Source: Oopsacas minuta
Taxonomy: Eukaryota; Animalia; Porifera
Length of the DNA stretch: 64,000 nucleotides
NCBI GenBank assembly: GCA_024704765.1
Contig: JAKMXF010000334.1
Location: 218,664-282,663, forward strand
Direction of reading: 5' to 3'
Part shown: positions 33,601 to 64,000 of the stretch, one piece after another
Layout: every line of letters starts with the position of its first letter
How positions within the stretch are numbered: the stretch's first letter is position 1
Notes under the pieces: model-generated
What the model was told of the DNA's origin: nothing
Seen by the model: only the letters and a program-made list of their open reading frames with translations
Databases searched by the model: none
Made by a program: the position numbers and the translations under genes

Positions 33601-35585
33601 ATGTAACATATATCAGGGTGGACCTTGGGTCACCATTGACCCATGTTCTACTCTGACATATATTACATCGGTTATATCGAAAAATAATCGCGGTTCCTAG
33701 ACTTTGATTAGTTCGATATAACTTGTGTTAACTGTCTATGAGCTGTATAATAGTTTTTAATTCATCAGGTAGTCTGTCTGGTTCGTCCTAGCCTTGACGG
33801 TACTCCAGCTCAACTGCGTCTTAATGCTGAAATGTCAAAGGTTTTAGAGGTAGATGTCTATGACAATATATACTCTAGGAGAGTAAGCGTGTTGGAAGGA
33901 GACTTGTCTAAACCAAACTTGGGGCTGATACCAAATGATGTCGAGTTTTTGATTGAGAATGTTGATATTATAGTACATAATGGTGCTAGAGTATCATTTG
34001 TACTTCCTTACACTAAACTAGTTGCTCCTAACGTAAACTCTCTGCGATTCCTACTTTCTGTGTGTTCTCAAGCAACTCACAGACCTAAACATTTGCACTT
34101 TGTCTCGACTATTGGAGTGTTGAACCTTTCGACAAATTTAGGTATATATTATCTAGCAATAGCATAGGTGCCTATTTTGGGGTTCTGGCTGGCCTAGGTC
34201 GTAGGGCTGGGGGGAGTGGGGGTCAACTGGATGGGTCACTGGGGGTACTGAGCATCCTTGGCACCAAAGAAGTAGCTAGGGGTTACCAGCAACCTCTAGA
34301 TCAACCCATAGAGCTAGATTACTAGATATTCTTGCAATTTTATTGGAGTGGCTAACACCGTACTCCCCGCTGGTGCTTCCTGTATCCCCACAGCAACCCC
34401 AAATAGAATATGCTAGCTGGGCTAAGCCATGCCTACTAATAATAATACATACTTCATCCGGCAAGAACTTATCCTTAACTCAGTTCTCTTTCAGTATTTT
34501 AAAATAGCAATTTATTACCTCCAAATATGGCAAAGCAACCTCGAAATCCGAGACCATGTGTTATTATTAAAAGCTTTGGCCAAAAAAGTTGCCCCCAGAT
34601 TGAGGCTGATTCCTGCTAAGATCGGCGCCTATGCGGAATAGTAAATTCTATCAATACTAGACTAGAACTATCAGTCCGCTTACAAGTACTTTTAAGCATT
34701 TTAACTATCAGATTTAATTTCTAAGTGTATCTATATCAATTGTATCTCTCATATGTATACAAAGACTGGTGATATTTCCCAGGATAAATACAGTTGAAAC
34801 AGGTTTTTTCAAGGGATTTTCTGTTTCCAAATATCTCTAAATCTATAATGACTCTATACATATTTTAAAAGATATAATTATTATTAGGCATTGAATCATT
34901 TCTCAATGAAACAAGCCCTCATGATCCTGCATACATTGCCATCACTACTGGTTACAACCAATCTAAATTCGTTTGTGAGATCTTATTAAAACGGGCCACA
35001 GAATTAGGTTTATCTGCTAGCGTGTCTCGCCCCGGACTTATTGGCCCTCACAGCGTAACAGGAGATACAAACCTCAGAGATTGGACAACCTATTTAGTGT
35101 ATTCTTTATTCAAGCTAGGACTCTCTCCTTTCTCTTCTACAGATTCTAGCCTGAATTCTATAATATCTCACACCCCAGTAGATTATGTAGCTCGCTCTAT
35201 TATATACATTTCCGTTCTGTCAGAAGATTCTAGCAATATGATACCATTCCATCTCGTCGGTCTCGTTGCTAAGAACTATTCACTTTCACAAATACTGAGT
35301 ATTGTGAGTGACACGCTCAGCAGAACTCTCCTTAAAGCATCATTTCAGGAATTTAAAGATTCTCTAATCGCAGCTTCCAAACACGATTCTACCCTCAGGG
35401 CAGCTACACTATTGTTCCATGAAGGTAGATTCACCTTGAAAACTCCTCTACAAGCTTCTACAGAACAAGCAATATCTCTTCTAGAACCATTGGGTGTTAC
35501 CTGTCCTCTAATTTCTGAAGTGTATTACCAGAATATGAGCAGATTCCTAGATTCTAAGCTGTTTGTTAAATCTGATCAGTTGTAG
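21617..35585 (+). CDS. 12-exon NRPS-like carboxylic acid reductase (ZZ zinc finger + adenylation + PCP + thioester reductase), about 1246 aa
   Basis: Hand-spliced exons: 21617-22273, 22872-23040, 23742-23964, 26456-26684, 27885-28140, 28404-28643, 29526-29752, 30094-30324, 31467-31680, 32054-32277, 33769-34141, 34888-35585 (3741 nt, phases consistent; exon 1-3 junctions least certain). Motifs YTSGTTGTPKG, ESYGATE, FFRTGDIG, FKLSQGEFVSPERIE, LGGDSLSAV, FLTGASGFLGRY, GYNQSKFVCE. Confidence 0.88.
23127..23613. mobile_element. MITE in CAR intron 2
   Basis: Imperfect ~30-bp TIRs caccgaaatttaacaaacatccttaaaatc / gattttaaggatacctgtcaaagttcggtg. Confidence 0.65.
24870..26140 (-). mobile_element. Degenerate ORF1/gag-like remnant, possibly a non-LTR retrotransposon, in CAR intron 3
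   Basis: Compositionally distinct, strand-skewed block. The minus frame gives a Pro/Thr-rich segment and a decayed Cys/His knuckle (CAKCG...H...CP), with stops. Confidence 0.35.
26792..27274 (+). mobile_element. hAT deletion derivative retaining the C-terminal dimerization domain (26921-27112)
   Basis: AVSTATVKRSFSAMNRI...R..L...DLM matches the hAT dimerization motif; ends cagtggcggattctt / aagaatccgctgttg. Confidence 0.7.
32836..33396. mobile_element. Long-TIR foldback MITE in CAR intron 10
   Basis: ~32836-33050 and ~33178-33396 are imperfect inverted copies; for example gatctcaaaggtcctgatattgcatgaagtat has a reverse-complement partner. Confidence 0.75.
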
Positions 35586-36610
35586 ATATTCAGAAGTTGG
35601 ATAATTGTAGATATTTAGTTATCAATTTTGCTGCATGTTTGATATACATATTTATGTAAATTTTTAACGCATGAACGTATTTTCAGAATATTATTACTTT
35701 AGCCCAGGGGTAGGCAACGTTTACAATGAAAGGGCCATTTGGGGCCAAATATGAAAAAAACATGATCAAGAGCGGTATCACGTACGATTCAAATGTTGAT
35801 TTTTTCGAATCTATATCTACATGATTTATTATATGATTAATCATATTTTTACTTCACAAAAAATAATTTGTATTGGGCAAAATATGCACGAGCCCATTGC
35901 TACATTCATAACTGTATTACGAATATACATAGCTGTCTATGGACCGTAGTAAGTTTCCCTTTCTTAGCTTCGTAGATTCCAATTCAAACCCACTATACTG
36001 TGTGTTATAGTCGGCACAGTAAAAGGGAAAACCTTAAGGAAAATATGAACCGCCATACTCGATTTTCCTTAACTAGTCAGTGAAACGAAAGTTCTAGAAC
36101 TATTTTGAAATATTTGCAAAAAGGTGTTAAAATATGATTAATCAAATGCGAAATTTGTGAAATTGTCACTTTCACTGAAATATCAAAATCGGAATATAAG
36201 TACTTATCTCTAGCATGTTTTTGAATTTTACATAGAAAGGTTTGAAAATATGATTATTCACCCATAGGTGTGAAAAAATAACTTGAAATAATTCTACCCG
36301 AGGTGCATACAATATTTGAGCGAAATCAGATGCTGTTTCCAACTTATATTGATCTTAAGGAGATATGATTAGGTGATAAGACAAGGGGAATTCGAGATGG
36401 GATCATTAGTTCATGATCTGATTGACTATTGATTGAAAATGAGCAAAGTAAACAATATAAGTGTAAAATTTGTGGGATTATGGATTAGGTCTACCCCGTA
36501 TGACATATCTATGAATTTGTGACGAGGAAAATTGAAAGTAAGGGAAAGATTTATTATCACAAACATGACAAACATATTTGGTAGAAAAGAAAAAATATAG
36601 AAAAAATAAA

Positions 36611-38190
36611 TTAGAATTAGAATATTTTTAGAAAATCGCAATAATTCTCATCTTTATCATCTACTGTAATTCCCATTGGATTTGATTGGGAATAGAGATT
36701 TTGTGGATATATTCAAATTCAGAATTGAGATTAAGAATAGAATTAAAATTAGAATATTATCAGAGTTGTCTAGAAAGAAGAAGCAGGGAGATATCACTTG
36801 CTGTCCTTTTCCTCTTGAAATGATATGAGACTTGAGGTAATGAAAGTTCTATGAAGGTATCTGAATGCGATCGTTCTAATGATCACAAATGTAAACATCT
36901 CTATTTGATTCATCCTTCTAGTTGATACTTCACACAGTGGTTAGCATGAAAATAAGAACTATATTTCCATTAACAGCTAAGCCTTTCGGGTAGTTCATCC
37001 CAGACCACCTTGGCTGTATACTTAGCAGTACTGTCAAATGGTAAACAGAAATTTCGTCCCCAGGATATCCCATAAGTTCCTGTATCCTTAGTGAAACCAA
37101 ACTAGTCTTGCAGATACACTAGATGTATATAATTTACACAAGTTATATCGTAGGTGTGAAAGGTATACTTCCTGACCACTGTCTGGCAAAAATAAACAAT
37201 CCGTGAATACTCCACGTAGTATATAAGGATACATATATTAAGAATAAGATCAATCAGAGTCCACAAATTATTCACTTGTCATAAACTGAACATTGTAATG
37301 GCGCTGCTCCTCTCAAAATTGAATTGGTTAAAACTATAAGGGGGAAAGATAAAGCTACGTTCCAAGGGTTCGTGTATACATTGACAAAGTCGTCATTGGA
37401 CGTACAACAGTGGGTATGTGAAAATCGGGGGACGTGTAAAGCTCGTATGCACACTGAAGGAGATGAAATTATCAAACCGACACAGATACACGGCATTTAT
37501 TCTAGTCATACGCATGGATCTAACCCTGTACGAATCGAAATGCTATCAGAATCTGGAACATGTACGAAAAGGTACGTCAACAACTACCACGAACTAATAA
37601 CGTAGTTGAGGGGTGGCACAATGCATTTAATTCTAGTGTTGGTTGTTCCCACCCTAATGTGTCAAAGCTGTTCAAATCTTTACAACGAGAACAGTCACTA
37701 CAAGAGGCCAAACTGATAAAGTGGGAGTCTGGTAATACAATAGTACGCAGCAAAAAGTCCATTGAACGAGATGAGCGTATACAGTTACTTGTTGGAGATT
37801 ATGAGAACAGGGATATAACAACATATCTTAGGGGAATCGTATACAATTTTGAGTTTTGACTATTGTATTATTCCTCACATACCTATTTCAATAATTAATT
37901 AAACCATATTTATCTTCTAGATGCATGAATATAACCTGAATAACAAGGGACAGGGAATCACCTGGGGAGGAAAATTCCGGAATTCCTGTCAAATACTTTA
38001 ACACAGTTATTAAATCGATCCGCTACATAAATATAACACCACGTGACCAGTTAAGCTCTCTCTTTTCACTTCCTCCATCAACCCTCTCAACTTATTTACT
38101 TGACCAAATGTTTGTATTTCTCTCTTACTCGACTCAATTCCAATCAAAATTATCTTATCTATTCTCTCTCGGAGGATTAGCTGTAGCTTT
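36611..38190 (-). pseudogene. NHL-repeat pseudogene interrupted by a MULE insertion
   Basis: Minus strand reads (start lost) ATANPPRENR*DNF..., YVADRFNNCVKVFD|STAKY across the insertion, then HIISRGKGQQVISPCFFFLDNSDNIL and PMGITVDD; multiple stops and frameshifts. Confidence 0.75.
37040..37986 (+). mobile_element. Internally deleted MULE (FLYWCH + C-terminal transposase fragments)
   Basis: FLYWCH-like ORF 37324-37605 (FQGFVY...WVCENRGTCKAR...HTH); C-terminal ORF 37560-37859 (PRTNNVVEGWHNAFN...HPNV); degenerate TIRs; TSD TGTCAAAT at 37032-37039 and 37987-37994. Confidence 0.85.
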
Positions 38191-38623
38191 TTGGTTTACC
38201 ATATTCCAGTTGTAACTTACAAAATATACAAAATTATAATTAATTCGATTCAATTCTACTAAAATACACTAAATATATTCGTAATTAAATCTATATATTA
38301 TGAATATTCTATTAATAGCACAATGTATCTGTGTATAGAATTACACAAGTGGATAATGTTATAGGGAGATGCTCTAATGGCATGGAGGATGTATGACGTC
38401 CACTCGGCTGTGCCTTTTTACACATGCTGTAAACCATGGTATCTCCTAGCTCAGATCAGCACGGATAAAAGTGAATATGAAGCAAGTAGGATCAGTTAAT
38501 TAATGAATAATATTGAAAAATATGATTCTATTTAAATCAAGAAAAAGTAAATAAAAATAAGAGTTTGGAAAATAGAAAAGAAATTTGAAGGAAGATAAGA
38601 ATCTAACAAAGCATGAGAAAACT

Positions 38624-39533
38624 TCAAAATATCTGAAGCCAATTCCAGTCAGTACAAGACACTATTACAATAATTCTTCCTTCATCATCTGCTGTAATTC
38701 CAAATGGATTCTTATTCACAGAAATCTTATGAATCAATTCATAGAGAGGATTGAATATAAGAATAGCATTAGATTCCTGATCAGGAATAAGAATATTTCT
38801 AGAATTATCAATAAAGAAGGAATACGAATACGATTCGGTAACTTGCATTCCAGGTCCTTTAGAAATAATACTCTTCTGTAGAATAAGATTGTAGTCAAAG
38901 AGATGGAGACAAGGATTTGAGTCATCCATAACAAATATGAAATATTCTGTCAGTTTTACGTCAAGAGGGCTAGAGAGCAAATCTTTTCCAAACTGAGATT
39001 TAAATGTTAAAGCATTTGTAAGTATTTGAACCCGCTCATTGCCAGTATCACAAATATAAATATCCCCGTTAGATTTATCAACTGTCAAACCATAAGGGAT
39101 AGTAAATTCCATTTCATCTTCTCCATCTGTCCCTATTCTACAAATATATCTACCATCAAGTTGATATTTGATAATACAAAAAGAACTAACGTAAGGTCCC
39201 TGAGAAATATATAATATATCTCTATAAATAACTAAACAACGAGGATAGCATATCTTTCCTTCACCTACTTTGCCTCCAAATTGAAAAATGTATCTACAAT
39301 AACTATCAAACACTTTGACACAATCATTTTAAAATCTGCAACATAAATATCTACTGTACTATTATCAACTGTAACACCATGTGGATCGAAAATTGTCCCA
39401 CTCTCCTTCCTCCCACACAAGCATTCAGTAGAGGTTGTATCTTGTTCTTATAGTTAACCCTACTAATATTGTCTCTATTCAAATCAAACTCTAAATTTCT
39501 CTCAGTTGAGACCATACTGTTAGCTGTAGCCAT
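38624..39533 (-). pseudogene. NHL-repeat gene, frameshifted and lacking most of the coiled coil
   Basis: MATANSM start; DPHGVTVDNSTVDIYVAD lies in a shifted frame between ORFs 39351-39533 and 38624-39313; NHL repeats resemble those of 7470-8726. Confidence 0.75.
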
Positions 39534-41430
39534 CAGTTAGCATTGTGCTCTTTTCAAAATGATAAAAAATAATATCAAATTATTTAAGAATTATATTGTA
39601 ACTAGCGCGCTGCGCGACAGCTTAGTGCTCCAGGTTAGCTTAAGTATCAAAACAACTAAATTTTATAGTGTTAGTGGTCGCAAGCGCGCTAGTTATATAA
39701 TATCACTAAAGGTAACTTTCTATATGATACTGCTGATATTTAATTCGAACGGTTATCGCTTTGCTTATATCTACAATTACGTAACTAATATGCAATGTTA
39801 TAATGTTTATCTTTATCATTACGAAGTGTCTATTGACACCGACCGGTGGTATAATTCTCGTATTGTGTCAAGTACGATGGGAGGTGATGTCCGGATTCAG
39901 TGTACCCCAGATTGTCGAATTAGGTATTTTGAAGCGAGCTACAGTTGTTGGAATTTTTTCGAATTAGTGAATAATGGTGTTACCGGTCGGTGCAATAGCC
40001 TCACCCATAACTTGGACATTAAATTGATTTGTACTTTAGTGCAACTAGTTGACATTCTGAACATTTGATGAATAGAAGAATTTGATAAGAGATCATCTGA
40101 CTTTGACCAATTTACACATTCAAGTAATAAGAATTGTAGCTATACTTTGTCATAAAGAAGGCGAGTCGATTATGTAGAGAGATTATTTCTTAATAAGACA
40201 GTATTCTTCGAACTTTAATGAATAGAAGCATAATATCAGAATTAATTGTGACGAGAGCTTCTCCAATACAAAGCGATATTATATCTAATTATTTGAGGGG
40301 AAAATATTTTAAACCTGGAACGATAATATTTACATATTTTAGTCCGGCAGTGCTTATGGTGGCACACTGTGGTGTCCTCTGTCCTGACGGTCTGAGCACC
40401 CACTGTCCATTAATTATCATGAATACCCACTCGCTCTAATGGGCGTCACATGCCTTATATCTCTATAGTTAAATATGGCTGTTTGAGTGTGTTTAGAAAC
40501 CATCTGTTTATGAGATTGCTAATATTTACATATCCAGTAGAACTGGGATATGACGTACTCCCTCGGGAGACAAATATTAGTACGTACTAACCAAAGTAGC
40601 ACCTGACTGCTACTTATGTGCACTGTGGAAAATTAGTGGAAATCTGCTTAATACAACCCAAAGGCGAAACCTAATGAGGTTTATGGATAAAAAATAAAAT
40701 GTTTGTATATGTTACTTTGGGTATAGCATAATTATATATCAGTCATGGCCCCTCCACAAACAACACAGCAATAGTTATTCATAAACCACAATCTTTACCC
40801 TTCCAAATGCTGGTCATAAACTTTATATTGTTTTACTGTAAAATATCGCATGTAATGGTACTTGTTTTCTAGAAAATATTACTATACCTTATTGGAAAGA
40901 ATCTATATTTTGAATTATAAAAAATTCCTAATACAACTTTTGGTTGCAAATTAAATAACTGTAAAACATTTCCCGTAGTATTAAGTAAATAGAAATCTCC
41001 AATAAATTCTCCATCTCATTAAATAGAAAAGTAATGCATAAGTAGGTAGGAATGTAGGCAGTAGATATTTAAATAGCAATACTACAACATATAAAACAGT
41101 GAGTTCCATTTACCATTTATTACAATTTGTTAACAGTTGCTTATTATTAAACTGATACATTCAAAATGAATAACAAGTAGGACGCAACATACATTGAAGT
41201 GGACAGGACTTGGGAATAGAAGTTCTAAATAAAAAGTACATTTTGACAGAAGTCATTATTCCTGGATTGAGACAAATAGGAGCTTTAACATCGGGCCAAC
41301 TATACAAAAATATCATAGAATGAGAACAACCCTATACGTATCCTCGAGGCTGGTGAATTTCGAGGTGAATTAAAGGATGAGAAAGAAGAAAGCGTTAGCT
41401 AAGTGGCAATTTAAGGGGTTTGTATGTGTA

Positions 41431-61817
<20,387 letters not shown>

Positions 61818-62721
61818 CTAAGTGAGCGAATATAAAAATATTAATAGCAGAACAAATAAATATCATATATCCTTGTAATCAGAAATTCAGTAATCCATAA
61901 CACGTGCGGATTATTAATTCATCACTGATAGAATGCTAACTATACTATCAGGGCAGAAACATGAGAATGGTAAATTCAGATCAACGTAGTTTGTTACGCT
62001 TTGTAGCCATTGATAGCAAGTCTCTATGGAAATTTTGAGATTTGGCTAATCTGTTTACAGTTTAGTTTATATATATTTATATACCCTAAAACAACAAATA
62101 ACTTTACATATGATGAATTCAAATTAAACATAGCATACCATAAATCCTTTCCTTGACAACGGACAAATAGATAGACAGACAACAATTACAATTTATTAAT
62201 ATAGATTTGATTCGGCTGGATCTGCTATAAGTGAGAAAAATCTACTTGAATCATAGGCCATTATTGAACATACAGGATGTCACACTTTTAGAATTGCATT
62301 CTTCTACCCAGGAATTCTAGGAAGAGTATAGACCTGATATGTTATCAATAGCATACCCGATTTAAATCCCGAGATTATTTCTCAATCCGGGATTCCGACA
62401 TTAGCAGCAAATTACGCAACCGCAGTCAAATAATGGACCAATTTTCATTGACAAGAGTTTAATAACCATAATTAATTAGAAATACAGTAAACTGCAGTTA
62501 TAAGTAATAACAAAGTCGGATATAGCGAAATACTCGTTATAAGGATGTTATTCTTGACCCAATATAGCGTGAAAAGTTATTGGTTTTACTCCCTTTATAA
62601 CGAAATACCGCTCATGCAAGAATGAAACCGCAGTTGAGAGTTTACTTAATTATTAAAATATATATTATTAATATTTGCTCTCTGTGTGTATAAAAAACAA
62701 ATTTCTAAATACAGACTTGCC

Positions 62722-62791
62722 GCCGTATTCACTAAGCATACTTAGTACTTAAGTACTAAGTACATACTTAAGTATGCTTAGTGAATACGGC
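62722..62791. mobile_element. 70-bp palindromic mini-MITE (Harbinger-like ends)
   Basis: gccgtattcactaagcatactta / taagtatgcttagtgaatacggc form a perfect inverted repeat. Confidence 0.6.
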
Positions 62792-64000
62792 CCTTGGTTT
62801 CAACGGTTATACTGAAGTAATCCAGTACACGTACACTGATCCCGATTTTCGCACTTTCAAGTCGATCATTTGTAAATTATGATGGTTCCTTCTCCTATTA
62901 ATAAAATTAAAGGCACAAAGTGCCGAGCTCAACAAAAATATGAAGTGTTCGCCAAGCTGCTTAGCGCGAGCAAGCGAAGCGCGCTTCATGATGGCCACAT
63001 GAAACAATTGGTGGGACACTACATTAGATAATCTTTTCATCTGGAGCTGATCTTAGATGAAATTTGTATATGAATTATCGGTTCTAAGGATATGAATAAC
63101 ATACTGGAGATAAGAACCACCTTCTGAAAACGATTACCACAATAATATTTAATGTATTCCGTAAGAAGATATCGGTTATAAGGGGGACTCGGAGAGTTCG
63201 CTACAGACATTTCACTACATGGACACTTCACTATGGACAGTTCGGTGCACGAAAAGTTCGCTACACGAAGACATCGCTATGTTGTTAGTGTGGCTTAGAT
63301 AGAGAGTTATAATGTCTATCTAATAATCAATACATTCATCTTATCTTATGCCAATCCTTAACAAATTAACAAAAATCAGACAGCAGAAATAATTAGTTCA
63401 TATGTCAACCCGGGCCATAATTGTCTGATATACGTATTTGGTCCAGTCAGACCAAATTGCAAACCCAGTCTAAACGCCCATATTATAGCTCTATCCTGGA
63501 ATATACATGAGTATACACTGTCCTAGCCCATAGTATCCTCCAGTATGAAGTGGGCTAGACTAGTGAAATACACTGATACAATAATCAGGGCTAGAAATAT
63601 ATCAACCCAACAAAAGCTGATATCACAACACGATTAATAATGGCTGTGAAAGACACTGGCAAAACTCCCAGAGGGTAGCATTGATGCTGATCCATTATAA
63701 CCATCAAGACAAATCTAATGGCATTATAACCCAGGGGTGTATTCTGTCATAGAGCAGATTATATCCCGCTATTTTCTGAGCTGTACATCTTGCCAAAATT
63801 TCTGTAATATTTGTTTAGGCCTTTCGGGAATTTTTTGTCACGACCTGACCTACAACTTCAGCCATATTAGGTCAGAGTGCGTGGATCTATAATTGAAATA
63901 GTGTTTGCCTTAAACCGCCCTGAGTAATCACAGTCGCACTGATGTTCATTCAAAATACATGAAATAATTACTACAATCAGGAAGTATAACCAAGAATTGA

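Noticed and set aside
21617-35585. CAR or pesticin genes as bacterial contamination
   Set aside because: The CAR gene has 11 spliceosomal introns with host MITEs. The pesticin gene has a eukaryote-style signal/GPI layout and a host-like AT-rich context.
39559-40068. 169-aa plus-strand ORF
   Set aside because: TTG start, runs through a small inverted-repeat element, and has no recognisable domain.

Overview
AT-rich eukaryotic (animal) scaffold with two N-gaps; no rRNA, tRNA or CRISPR seen. The compact, often intronless genes and the expanded MATA-start NHL-repeat family suggest a sponge, possibly a glass sponge (inference only). Gene order: DHDH (5'-partial), TRAF, a secreted or GPI-type pesticin-like muramidase-VWA fusion, an NHL-repeat gene, B3GALT6, MND1, a small membrane ORF, a foldback (hairpin) MULE element, a disrupted SEFIR-NACHT-LRR gene, a 12-exon ZZ-adenylation-PCP-reductase (carboxylic acid reductase-like) gene, two NHL pseudogenes (one split by a MULE), and most of a CBP/p300 gene on the minus strand. 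Introns hold many MITEs and hAT/MULE remnants. Best leads: the spliced ZZ-fused CAR-like enzyme, the pesticin-VWA surface lysozyme, and a Mu-killer-like inverted-repeat transposon just upstream of the NLR.
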